Below are positions 25,673-40,790 of a DNA stretch of 64,000 nt, piece after piece. This stretch comes from the human T2T-CHM13v2.0 reference genome, Homo sapiens. Position 1 is the stretch's first letter. Every line of letters begins with the position of its first letter. The notes beneath the pieces are model-generated. The model did not search any database and was not told the DNA's origin. It worked only from the letters and a program-made list of their open reading frames with translations. The position numbers and the translations under genes were made by a program. The stretch is taken from the NCBI RefSeq assembly GCF_009914755.1, contig NC_060936.1; one strand, written 5' to 3'.

Positions 25673-26104
25673 TTAGTTTATTTATCCTTACTCTTGTTAA
25701 ATAATCACAAATTTTAAAGTTATGGCCTTATTTTCAAATATATGACCTTATTCACTTTCTTTTAATTTCTATATACAATGATCTCATTGCCAATATTTCT
25801 ATACATTCTATATTTCTGAGTTCCTTCCTCAATAAAGTTATGTTTAATTTAAAAGTAAAACCATTGTAATAATTTTCCCATCATTTTTAACATTTAAAAC
25901 ATTCTCGTATCTGGTATTTAACCTGTTGACTATGTAAATATTTTCCATGTTATTTTTTCCTTAATTTGATTTTAGTATTATTCAAATGATTTTGTTAATT
26001 TATAAAGAATTTATTTATTGACTATTTCCTCTATTTTTATGTTCTCCTATTTTAAGGCAACTTAAAAGAATTTTATATGTTGTTAACTTAAAAGAATCTT
26101 TTAA

Positions 26105-26395
26105 TTGAAATGTTATTTATTCATTTTATTGCTGAGGGCATTTGTTTGTTCCCAGCTTTAAATCTTCATAGTGTTCGTATGAACATACTAGTATATGTTA
26201 ATTAGTGAATATATGTATAAATTTATGATATATATATGTATATTCTTCTCAGTGAAATTACAAGGCCATAGAGTATGGCTACAGCTGGATGTAGTAAAAA
26301 CTACCAGTTTTTAAATGTGGAAATTATAGGATTACAATTGCTGTAATTCATTAACAATACTTTTCATGTTAATCCTTCTGTAGGTGTAAAGTAGA
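26105..26395 (-). mobile_element. Ancient L1ME fragment (host; continues at ~34272-34440)
   Basis: Degenerate antisense ORF2 C-terminus, collinear across the L1MA insertion. Confidence 0.55.
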
Positions 26396-26814
26396 ATTTT
26401 TTTAATTTTTTATTTTAATTTTTCTAGGTGCATAGTAAGTGTATGTATTTACAGGTTATATGAAATATTTTTTACAGGCAGACAATGAGTAATAATTACA
26501 TCAGGATAAATGGGGCATCCAACACCTCAAGCACTTATTTGTGTTACAAACAATGGGATTATACTCTTTTGGTTTTTTTTAAATGTACAGTGAAATTATT
26601 TTTGACTATAGTCACCCAGTTGTGCTAGCAAATACTAGGTCTTGTTAATTCATAACTATTTTTTCATACCCATTAGCCCTTCCTACTCCATTTCTACACC
26701 TCCTCCTACCCACTACCCTTCCCAGCCTCTGGTTACTGTACTTCTATCCTCTATCTCCATGATTTAATTGCTTTAATTTTTAGCTCATATAAATATGTGA
26801 CAACATGCGAAGGA

Positions 26815-27040
26815 CAGCTCACTGTGCCTCCCAGCCTTAAGCGATCCCGTCATCTCAGCCTATCGAGTAGCTGGGAATACAGACACACACCACTACACCC
26901 AGCTAATTTTTGTATTTTTTGTAGTAAACAGGTTTTCACCATGTTGTCCAGGCTGGTCTCAAACTCTTGGGCTTACATGATCCACTCACCTTGGCCTCCC
27001 AATGTGCTGGTATTACAGGTGTGAGCCACTGCACACAGTC
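26815..27040 (-). mobile_element. AluJ-like element lacking its 3' end, nested in the L1MA
   Basis: CTCAAACTCTTGGGCTTACATGATCC is J-type; tail and end of right arm missing. Confidence 0.85.
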
Positions 27041-27707
27041 ATCTCATTCTTGTTTATGGCTGAATAGAATTCTGCTGTGTGTAAGTACCACATTTTCTTT
27101 ATCTGTTCATCTGTTGATCGACACTTAGGTTGCTTCCAAATCTTGGCTATTGTGAATAAACATGGAAGAGCAGATATCTCTTCGATATACTATTTCTTTT
27201 TATTTTGGGTATATACCTAGGAATGAAATTGCTGGATTATAGGGTAGCTCTATTTTCAGTTTTTTGAGAAACCTCCACACTGTTCTCCATAGTGGTTGTA
27301 CTAATTTACATTCCCACAAACAGTATATGAGGGCTCCTTCCCTTTTCTCCACATCCCTGCCAGTATTTGTTATTGCCTGTCTTTTGGATAAGAGCCATTC
27401 TAACTGGGGTGAGATGATATCTCATCATAGATTTAATTAGCATTTCTCTGATGATTAATGGTGTTGAGCACATGTTTATATGCCTGTTTGCCTTTTGTAT
27501 GTCTTCTTTTGCAAAATGTCTATTCAAATCTTTTGCCCATTTTTAAATTGAATTATTAGATTTTTTCCCTACGGAGTTGTTTGAGCTCCTTGTATATTCT
27601 AGTTATTAATTCTTTGTCAGAGGGGTAGCTTGCAATTATTTTCTCCCATTTTGTGGGCTGTCTCCTCATTTTGTTGTTTTTTTGTTTGTTTCCTTTGCTG
27701 TACGAAG

Positions 27708-28006
27708 CTTTTTTTTGTTTTGTTTTGTTTGTTTTGTTTTGTTTGTTTGTTTGTTTTTAGATGGATTCTTGCTCTGTTGCCTCAGGATGGAGTGCAGTGG
27801 TGGGATCTCAGCTCACTGCAACCTCCACCTCCCGGGTTAGCTGGGATTACAAGCACCCACCACCATGCCTGGCTAATTTTTGTATTTTTAGTAGAGACTT
27901 GATTTCACCGTCTTGGCCAGGCTAGTCTTGAACTCCTGATCTCATGATCCACCCACCTCAGTCTCCCAAAGTGCTGGGATTACAGGCGTGAGCTACTGCA
28001 CCTGGC
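27708..28006 (-). mobile_element. AluS (Sg-like) with ~30-bp internal deletion, nested in the L1MA
   Basis: (TTTG)n tail; CTCCCGGGT joins directly to TAGCTGGGATTACA. Confidence 0.9.
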
Positions 28007-31000
28007 TTTTAATCCATTTTTTATTTGATTTTTGTACATAGCCAGAGATAGGGACCTAGTTTTGTTCTTCTGCATATGGATATTCAATTTTCCTACCACC
28101 GTTTATTGAAGGAACTCTCCTTTCCCCAATATATGTTCTTGGCGATTTTTTTAAAAAATGAGTTTACTGCTGATGTATGGATTTGTATTCAGATTTTTAA
28201 ATTCTGTTCCACTGATATATGTGTCTGTTTTTATGCCAGTACCATGCTGTTGTGGTTACTATAGCTCTGCAGCATAATTTAAAATCAGGTAATGTGATTC
28301 CTCCAGTTTTGTTATTTTGCTTAGGATAGATTGGGTAGATTCTGAGTATTTTGTGGTTTCATAGAGTATTTTGTGGTTTCATAGAGATTCTATGATAGTT
28401 GTTTCTACTTCTGTGGTTAATGTCATTGGTATTTTGACAGGGATTGCATTAAACCTATATATTTCTTTGGATAGTATGGACATTTTAACTATATTGATTC
28501 TTCCAATCCATGAACCTGGAATATTAATCCATTTTTGGTGCCTTCTTGAATTTTTTGCATCAATGTTTTATAGCTTTTATTGTAGAGATATACCACTTCT
28601 TTGGTTAATTCCTAGGCATTTTATTTTATTTACAGCTATTGTAAATGAGATTACCTTACTGATTAATTTTTCAGATTGTTTGCTGTTGGCATATAGAAAT
28701 GCTACTGATTTTTATGCTGATTTTGTATCTTGACACTTTACCGAATTTGTTCATCAGTTCTAACAGTTTTTATTTGTGAAATCTTCAAGTGTTTTCAAAT
28801 ATAAAATTATATCATCTGGAAACAAAGATAATTTGACTTCTTTCATTCCAGTTTGGATGCCTTTTACATTTTCCTCTTGTCTCATTGCTCTAGCTAGGAC
28901 TTCCAGTGCTATGTTAAATAACAGTGGTAAAAGTGGCATCTTTGTTGTGTTCCCAAGCTTGAAAGAAAGGCTTTCCATTTTTGTTTTCATTCAGTATGAT
29001 ATTAGCTATGTACCTGTCATATGTGGCTTTTTTATGTTGAAGTATGTTTTTTCTATTCCCAGTTTTTTGAGGGTTTTGATTATGAAGGGGTTTTGAATTT
29101 TACCAAATGCTTTTCCAGCATCAATTGAAATAATCACATGGTTTTTGACTTTCCTTCTGTTGATATGATGAATCACATTGATTGATTTGCATTTGTTGAA
29201 CCATCTTTGCATCCCTGAGATAAATGCCACTTGGTCATGATGAATTGTCTTTTTGATATATTGTTGAATTCAGTTTCCTAGTGGTTTGTTGAGGATTTTT
29301 GCATCAATATTCATCCATTATATGGGCCTATAGTTTTCTTTATTTATGTGTCTTTGTCTGGTTTTGATATCAGGGTAATACTGGCCTTATAGAATGAGTT
29401 TGGAAGTATTTCCTCCTCCTCTATTTTTTGGAGTAGTTTGAGTAGGATTGGGATTGGTTTTTCATTAAATGTTTCACACAATTCAACAGTGAAACCACTG
29501 GGTTAAGGGCTTTAATTTACTGAGACACTTTTTATCTTTTATGGCTTCAACCTCTTTACTTATTATTCATCTGTTTACGTTTTGGATTTTTTCATGCTTC
29601 AATTTTGGTGGGTTGATGTGTCTAGGAATTTATTCATCTCTTCTAGATTTTCCAATTCATTGGCATATAGTTGATCATAGTAGCAACTAATGGTCCTTTC
29701 AATTCCTGTGGTGTCAGTTGTAATGTCACTTTATATCTGATTTTATTTATTTGGGTCTTCTTTCTTTTTTTCTTAGTCTGGCTAAAGGTTTGTTAATTTT
29801 TTTACTTTTTCAAAAATCAACTTTTTGTTTTTTGTATTGTTTTTGTCATTTCAGTTTCATTTATTTCTGCTCTGATTTTTATTATTCCTTTTCCTCAAAT
29901 AATACTGTGTTTAGTTTGCTCTTGCTTTTTTATTCCCTTAAGATGCACCGTTCAGTGTTTATGTGAAGTTTTTCCTCTTTTTTGATGTAGGTACTTATAG
30001 CCATAAAATTCTTTCCTAATACTGCTTTCACTGTATCCCATAGGTTCTGGTATATTGTGTTTCCATTATCATTTGTTTCAAGAAATTTTTAAATTTACTA
30101 CTTAATTTCTTTATTGACCCACTAGTCATGCAGGAGCATGTTGTTTAATTTTTATGAATTTGTATAGTTTCCAAAATTTCTCTTGTTGTTGATTTCTAGA
30201 TTTATTTTGTTGTGGTCAGAGAAGGTGCTTGATATTATTTCAATTTTAAAAACTTTTTAAAACTTATTTTGTGAGCTAACATGTGATCTATCCTTGAGAA
30301 TAGTCACGTGCTGAGGAAAAGAATGTATGTTCTGTAGCCATTGAATGAAATGTTCTGTAAATATCTATTAGGTCCATTTGGTATATAGTACTCACTAAGT
30401 CCAATGTTTCTTCAGTGGTTTTTTTGTCTGAAAAAATCTGTCCAATGCTGAAAGTGCAGTGTTGTTCTCCAGGTATTATTGTATTCGGGTTTCTCTCTTT
30501 TTATTATCAATATTTGCTTTACATGCTTGAGTGCTCCAGTGTTGGGTACATGTATTTTTATGATTGTTATATCCTGTTGCTGAATTGACCCCTCCCTCTA
30601 TCATTATATACTAACCTTTTTTCCTCTTACAGTTTTTGTCTTGAAATCTATTTTCTTTGATATAAGTGCAGCTACTCCTGCTCTTTTTTGGTTTCCATTG
30701 GAATAGAATATCATTTTTCATCCCTTTATTTTCAGTCTATGCATCTCCTTATAGGTGAAGTGTATTTGCTATAGGCAACAGATCACTGGATCTTGTTTTC
30801 TATTTATTCATTCAGCCATGCTATACTTTTGATAGGACAGTTTTGTGCATTAACGTTCAGTATTATTAATGATAAGTAAGGACTTACTCCTGCCATTTTA
30901 TTATTTGTTTTCTCATTGTTTTGTGGTCTTCTCCTCCTTCTTTCCAGCCTTCCTGTCTTCCTTTTAGTGAAGGTGATTTTCTTTGGTGATATGATTTAAT

Positions 31001-34000
31001 TTCTGGCTTTTTATTTTTTGTGTATCTATCATTTTTTTTATTTGAAGTTACCTTGAAGTTTGCAAATACTACCTTATAATCCATTATTTTAAGCTAATAA
31101 CAACATAACACTGTTTGCATAAATAAGCGAACAAGAAAAGGGAAAATGAATAAAAACTCCACACCTTAATTCCCCACTTTTTACCTTTTAAAATTTCTAC
31201 TATTGCACTGTCTATGTCTTAAAAAGTTAATGTAGTTATTTTGTTTGATGGGTACATTGTTTAGTTTTTCTGCTTAAGAATTGTTTACACACCACAGTAA
31301 CAGTGTTATAATACTCTGTGTTTTTCTGTGTATTTACTAGTAGCAGTGAGTGAGTTTTCTACTTTCAGATGTTTTATTATTGTTTATTAAGGTCCTTTTC
31401 TTTCTGATTAAAGTACTTTCTTTAGCATTTCTTGTAGACAGGTCTGGTGTTGATGAAATCCCCCAGCTTCTGTTTGTCTCAGAAAGTCCTCATTTCTCCT
31501 TCATGTTGGAAGGATATTTTAACAAGATATACCGTTCTAGGGTAATTTTTTTTTCTTCAACACTTTAAATATGTCATGCCATTCTCCTGGTTTGTAAGGT
31601 TTCCACTGAAAAGTCTGCTGCCAAACATATTGAAGATCCATTGTATGTTATTTGTTTCTTTTCTCTTGCTGCTTTTAGGATCCTTTCTTTATCCTTAACA
31701 CCTTTGGGAATGTGATTACTAAAGGTCTTGAGGTAGCCTTCTTTGCATTAAACATGCTTGGTATTGTATAACCTTCTTGTACTTAGATATTGATATCTTT
31801 CTCTTGGTTTGGGAAGTCCCCGTTAGTATCTCTTTGAGTAGATTTTCTACTCCTTTCTCTTTCTCTACCTCCTCTTTAAGGCCGATAATTCTGAGATTTG
31901 CCTTTTTGAGGGTACTTTTAGATTTTGTAGGTGTACTTCATTCTTTTTTATTCATTTCTTCTTTCTTCTCCTCTGACTGTGCCTTTTTAAATAGACTTTC
32001 TTCAAGCTCACTAATTCTTTCTTCTGCTTAATTCTGACAATTGCATTTTTCAACTTCATAATTTCTGCATAACTTTTTAAAATTATTTCAATCTCCTTAT
32101 AAATTTGTCTGAAAGAATTCTGAATTCTTTTATGTTATTTTGACTTTTTTTTAGTTTCCTCCAAAAAGCTATTTTGAATTCTCTGTCTGAAAGTTTACAT
32201 ATGTCTGTTTCTCAAGTATTGGTCCCTGGTATCTCATTTAGTTAATTTGGGGAAGTCATGTTTTCCTGTATGTTCACGATCCCTTTGGATGTTCGTCTGT
32301 GTTTGCATATTGAAGAGTTAAGTCTTTAATGTAGTCTTTGTAGTCTGGGCTTGTTTGTACTTGTCCTTCTTGGGAAGGCTTTCCAGGTATTCAAAAAGAC
32401 TTAGGTGTTGTGATCTAAGCCATATTTACATTAGGGGCCACACCAAGCACAGTAACACTGTGGTTTGTGCAGACTCATGGAAATGCCACCTTGGGTGTCC
32501 TGGATAAGTTACAGAAGAATTGTCTGGATTATCAGGCAGAGGTTCTTCTTCTCTTACTTTACTTTATCCCTAACAAATGGAGTCTCTCTCTTTGTTCTGA
32601 GCCACCTAGAGCCATAGGCACCCCTGTGGCTACTACCACTGGGATTGTGCTGGATCAGACCTGAAGCTGGCACAGCACTGAGTCTTTCCTAAGGCTCACC
32701 GTAACCATTACCTGGCTACTTATGTTTGCTCAAGACCCTGGGGCTCTACATGAGCAGGTGGTGAAACTAACCAGTCTTGTGCCCTTTCCTTCAGTGCAGC
32801 AAGTTTCCTTGGATCTCAGGTGGGTCCGGAGGTGCTGTCCAGGAGCCAGGAATTGTAGTAAAAAACCTTAGAAGTCTACCTGGTGTTCTGCTGTACTGTG
32901 GTTGTGCTGGCCTTCAAACCATCTTCCCCCCACTTTCCATCACGCAGGAGCCTCTTCTTGTTTTCACCACCTCCACAGACCCACAGGAAGCACTGCTGGA
33001 CTATTGCCAGTGTTACCTTAAGGCCCAAGGGCTCTTCAGTCAGCTTGTGGTGAGTGCTGCCTGGCCTGGGACTTACCCTTCAGGGCAGTGGGCTCCCCTC
33101 TGGCCTAGGTCAGGTCTGGAAATGCTGTCCAAGAGCCAATGCCTGGAATTGGAGACCCCAAGAGCCTGCTTGGTACTCTACCCCTTGTGGCTGAGCTGCT
33201 GGTACCTAAGGTATAGGACAAAGTCCACTTTAAATTTTCCTTCACCCTTCTCAAGTAGAAAGAGTTTCTCCCCATAGCCACCACATCTGGGAATGTGAGT
33301 CTCAACCAAGGCCCACAGCATACTACCTAGGTATTACTGCTGGTTATTTAGGTCCCAAATGCTGTTTACCCAGCAGGTGATGTGTCCTGCCAGGAATGAG
33401 TCCTTCCCTTCATGGAAGCAGGTTCTCTTCTATCTCAGGTGTGTCTAGAAATATTTTCCAGGGCCTGCCAAGGGGACCTCATGACTCTGACTACTGCCCT
33501 ATCCTACTGTGACTGAGCTGATATCCAAGATGCAAGACAAAGTCTTCTTTATTCTTCCTTCTCCTGTCTTCAAGCAGAAGTCAGGAGTCTCTTCTGGAGC
33601 TGCAAGCTGTTCACCCTGGGGTTGTGGGAAGGGTGTGCAAGCACTCCCTTGGCTGCCCCAGCTGGTATCTCAGAAGGTCACATGGTCTTAATTCCACTGG
33701 CTCTGAGCTCAGCAAACCCTAGCACTCACCTAGGAACTGCAGTCCTTATGTCACAGACTGTCTTTCAAGTTTATTTAGAGCACCAGAACACTTTAGCCCG
33801 TGGGTGAAAAGGCTTGCCAGAACTCAAGTTCTAACATCTGGCATGGATGATTCCCTTCTAGTTAGGGCTGATTTAAATACTCCCTTCATTGCGGTATGGG
33901 GTGACAGGTGAGTTAAGCCTTGTTTTGTTTGTCATTGTGACAGGTCAGCACTGAGTTCAATGCAATGTCTCACAATTGCTGTGCTTACTGTCTCCGAAGT

Positions 34001-34164
34001 GCTCAGATTCTCTCTCTGTGCCACAGGGCTGCTGCTGGGGGATGGGGAAGAGATGGCATTGGTGATTCAAGACTCTTTGCTATCCTCTTCAATGCCTCTT
34101 TCAGTGTAGGAAGTTAAAATCAGGTACTGTAAGTGCTCACCTGATTTTTTTCTTCTTAAGAAGA

Positions 34165-34166
<2 letters not shown>

Positions 34167-34195
<29 letters not shown>
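34167..34195. repeat. (TG)n microsatellite
   Basis: About 14 TG units within the L1MA 5' UTR. Confidence 0.95.
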
Positions 34196-34200
<5 letters not shown>

Positions 34201-34764
34201 GTTGTTAAATTGGTGTCCTTATCAAGGGACAATTGGTGGAGGCTTCCATTCAGCCATCTTGCTTCATTCTCTGTATAATGTGATATTATAATGTCATCTT
34301 AATTGAATATCTTTGAAGAAAAGGAAATTGTGAATGTTTGCATGCATTTATTGCCTACTTGAATATTTTCTTTTATGAAATATTTTTAAATCTTTGCTCA
34401 TATTTCTGTTGATTGCTAGTATTCTTCCTATTTTTGAATGCATGACTCAGCAATTATTTTTCCTATTTTTTGAATGCATGCTCAGCAAAATGCTCAGCAG
34501 TTGGTCAGCATTCTAAATGCTACTTAATATTTAAGTGTGTAATTATTACTCATGATGTTTTGTGTTACATTTATTCACTATTTTAATTTTTGAAAGGATA
34601 TATAGAAATAGATATTGGTATAGAATTAAACATATGTATCTGCAGAGAGAATGAAAAAAATATGAAAAGTAATTTTCCTTACCACTCCTTACATCATGGT
34701 GACATATGTTTTATTTTTTTAACTCTCTGAATCTTATTTCTCTGAGCTGTCTGAACATATGTCA

Positions 34765-37256
<2,492 letters not shown>

Positions 37257-38179
37257 CATGTCAGTGTTCACTGATTTATGAAAATGGCAGGATTTAGAAT
37301 TATTTTTATATGAGTTTATCACCCATTACTCCTACATATATAAATAAGATTTGTTATTTATGGTTATTATTGTATATATTTAACTCATTATACTTTCCCC
37401 ACTGTGCAGCACAGTTTGGTTAACTGACTTTTAGTATTTTATTATATTTAATCTACTGGCTTTTTACATATTTTTCACATTATTCTTGTAAAGCCTGCTT
37501 TGGAGATTACAATATATATATCTTAAAATTTTTATAATCAACATAGAGTTAATTTTAGATTGCATTATGAAAAATGTAGGCATTTTGCAACTATGTAAGC
37601 AATTTATGCTTTCTTCTATCCTTTCTGCTGTAGTTATCTTAATATAGTCCTATCTATATTTTCTTCATATATTTGAGTTTTAGCAGTTAGCCTCTATAGC
37701 CACCCTGTTATCTGGTTTCTCAAGCCAGGGAGATGACAGCATTTCCTCAAAACATTGGTTACCCTGCACCACATGGCAGCAACAACTAGTCCTCAGGCCA
37801 TAGCTTCCACGTATCAGCTCCTATTAAAGAAAAACTTTCATTCATTTGTGGTGAAATTTTAAACATTTAAAAACCCCTATTGAAAGGTAAGTTAGTAATA
37901 CAAAACAAAATATTATTCTGTGTAACAGGATTCCAAATGCTAAGTAAACTTAGGTATTAATATGTAGAAAAATAAAAATATACACTATGATTTTATCATT
38001 GAAGTATTAGTATTGATAAACTGAAATATTTGATATTGATATTAATAAAATATTGATAAAGTTGACATAAAACAAAGTCAGCACAGGATGGGTGAAAATA
38101 TTATCATCCATGCTTCAACTGAAAACTATGCAGTCCTTAAAGTTTTGGTAACAGATTTATATGTACTGAAACTATAAAA

Positions 38180-38360
38180 ATCCATGAGACATTGTTGAGC
38201 CAAAAAACCAGATTAATAAATACAAGGAATTATGTGATTCCAATTGTGTAAAATGGCATGTGTGTATCACATGTATAGGAATACTCTGTGAGATACATAG
38301 AAGAATTTTAACAACTAAAGTCTTAGGAGTGGGTGTATTTGATTCATGGGATATGAGGTG
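38180..38360 (+). mobile_element. L1ME 3' end fragment
   Basis: ACATTGTTGAG..AAAAACCAGATT and TGTGATTCCAATTGTGTAAAA. Confidence 0.45.
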
Positions 38361-38383
38361 ATTATTACAGATCTAAGTTTAAT

Positions 38384-38499
38384 AAGGCTATATTAAACAA
38401 AACAGCATGGTACTGGTATAAAAATAGATATATAAACCAATGGAACAGAATAGAGAACCCGGAAATAAAGCCATGTAACTACAACCAATTGATCTTTGA
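38384..38499 (+). repeat. Exact 116-bp copy of 35606-35721 (L1PB ORF2 segment)
   Basis: Base-by-base comparison shows no mismatch. Confidence 0.97.
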
Positions 38500-39439
38500 T
38501 CTAATTGATCTAATTAGATCTTCTTTTTCAAATTTGATCTAATATTTCAAATTAGAGATAGCTTTATTTTCAGCACATATGTTTTAGGCCCCCCTAAAAT
38601 AAAATTATTTTGAAAAATCGAAGGTAAGATATATTTTTCTGTTAAAATGATATGTAAAACATTGGTGATAAACTGTTAAATGAAATACTAAGGTTACAAA
38701 TGTTGTAAATTACATGTGAACACAATGTATATTAAAAATATTATGCAATGTTAGGTGTTAATTGGTTGTCTTCGAGCCATAGAACTAAGGCTCAACCCAT
38801 GGTGAATAGAAAGATAACTTATTTTTAAGAAATTTGAAGAAAGAGGATCAGAAGGAATTACGTAATTCCTGGTATCTGTCAAATTTGTGACTGTTTACAG
38901 GTCACAAGTAGAACTGGGTAACCAGCTCTTCTCAAGTGCAACAGTCTTCATAATTCTGACACTGTTACGCTGCATAATGATGGCTGGTAGACAAGGTTTT
39001 TTTTTTTTTTTTTTTTCTTTTTTTGGTCACAGATGTTTGCCATGAAGAATCTTGGCCTCCTTCACTATCTTAATTTAGTCCTCTTTGAATGGGAGAACAT
39101 CAGTCCTTTCCCAGGGTAATATTACAGCTGGGTCCAAACCTTAAGTGTATACCTGTATAGTATGTCAAAACCTTGTTTGTGAGTCCATTTCTGCCATCTT
39201 ATTTTTCATGATTGGAGAAGCACTCACCCATTTTATCAAATATGTGGAATTGTCTGGGTGCTGGGATTCAAATCCTGTGGCTGCAGCTATATATAGTTGC
39301 ACAACTTGTGTCCTGAACCACCACTTTTGTAACTTAGAATTTCTATCTGAACCATTTGACAATAGCAGTCTCCTTGGTTCTTCTAGGAAGTCAGCCTGCA
39401 AAGAATCATTTTTGGAGAAGTAAATCCTTACATGTCAAT

Positions 39440-40790
39440 ATTTTTAAGTAAAATTAGCCTGTAATTGTATTTTAATATCCATGTCAAGTTTTGCTATTCA
39501 ATGTTATGCTAGCTTTATATAACTGATTAGAGAATATCTTTCTTTTTCTGTTGTGAGGAAATATTTATAGATGATCAGTTTTATTTCCCGAACATTTGTG
39601 AGAATTTTCCTCAAGCCGCTTGAGCCTAAAAATTTTCTTTATGGAAAAGTTTATAATTACATATTACAGATCCTTCTTATTTAATAATTAATTACATAAT
39701 TTTTCAAATTTTTAAATTTCTTCCTGTGTCAGTTTTGGTGACTTTCATTTTTCTAGAAATTTATCTCTACCACTGAAAATCTGAACTTTATTAACAAATT
39801 TTTCATTATAAATTTATCTTTGTAATATCTAAATTGGATCTGTGGCGGTGCTATTTTCTCTTTCATTTTTGATAATGATTTACTGTGCCTTTCTTTTCTT
39901 TCTTGAAAAGTATTATCAAGGGGTATTCATTGTGTTTACCTGGTAAAATCAATTTTTTGCTCTATAATTTGATTGTATCATGCATTAATTTTTCTTTTAC
40001 TATTTATTTTCATTGAATTGATGTAGCATATCAACTATTATATCTTTTTTGATTCATGGGTCATTTAGAAATAATTCTCAAACTTACAGAGGTTTTCTAG
40101 TGTTCATTTTTTTCATAGATTCACATCTTGTTTTATTGTGGTAAAAAATATTATAAATGATTTCAATTCTTTATATTTGTTGAGGCTTGTTTTATGATCT
40201 ATCAGAGTCATTTTTGTATATGTTACATATATGCTTAAAATGCATATTCTGCAAATATTGTGTTCAGTGTTTTATATATGTTAACTGGGTACAGTGTGTT
40301 AATTTTATCACTCAAATATTTTATATCCTTCTTGTTTTAGTGTGCTTGAGAAACACTATGTTAAAACATTCAACTTTAATTTTGAATGTGTCTATTCTTT
40401 AGTAGTTCTATCAATTTCTGTTACATATATAATATTTATTTATAAATAAATTAAATATATAAAATATGTGTCATATTTTATAGATAAATAAAATTGCATA
40501 TTCAAATTTAGAATCATATTTTTCTTTTGGTGAATTAAGATCATAATTTTCAAGTGTTCATTATATTCTTTTATAATTATTTGGACTTAAACATTCACTT
40601 TATTTGACAATATAATCACATCAGCTTTCTTTTAAGCTAAAACTTGAATATTTTTATATTATCTTACCAATTGTTTTATGTCATAGATGTGTCTCTTGTA
40701 TACAACATACAGTTATTTATTTGCCTATTCAATTTTAAATAAGTGCTGGATAATTTTAATTTTTATTTAGAGCACTTAGCCTTTAAGACA
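39440..40790 (-). mobile_element. Ancient L1M/L1ME ORF2 fragment
   Basis: GTTATGCTAGCTTTATA, TTCCTGTGTCAGTTTTGGT..TTTTCTAGAAATTTATC, GATGTGTCTCTTGTA. Confidence 0.7.

Larger units (their letters stand above)
26396..34266 (-). mobile_element. Near full-length decayed L1MA (L1MA1-3-like) with 3' UTR, ORF2, ORF1 and long 5' UTR
   Basis: 3' end ACATCAGGATAAATGGGGCATCC..CCTCAAGC; ORF2 peptides ([39 protein letters not shown]); 5' terminus reads GAAGCAAGATGGCTGAATGGAAGCCTCC on the minus strand; many stops and frameshifts. Confidence 0.9.

Noticed and set aside
32777-33277. 166-aa plus-strand ORF
   Set aside because: Antisense to the L1MA 5' UTR, non-ATG start, no recognisable domain.
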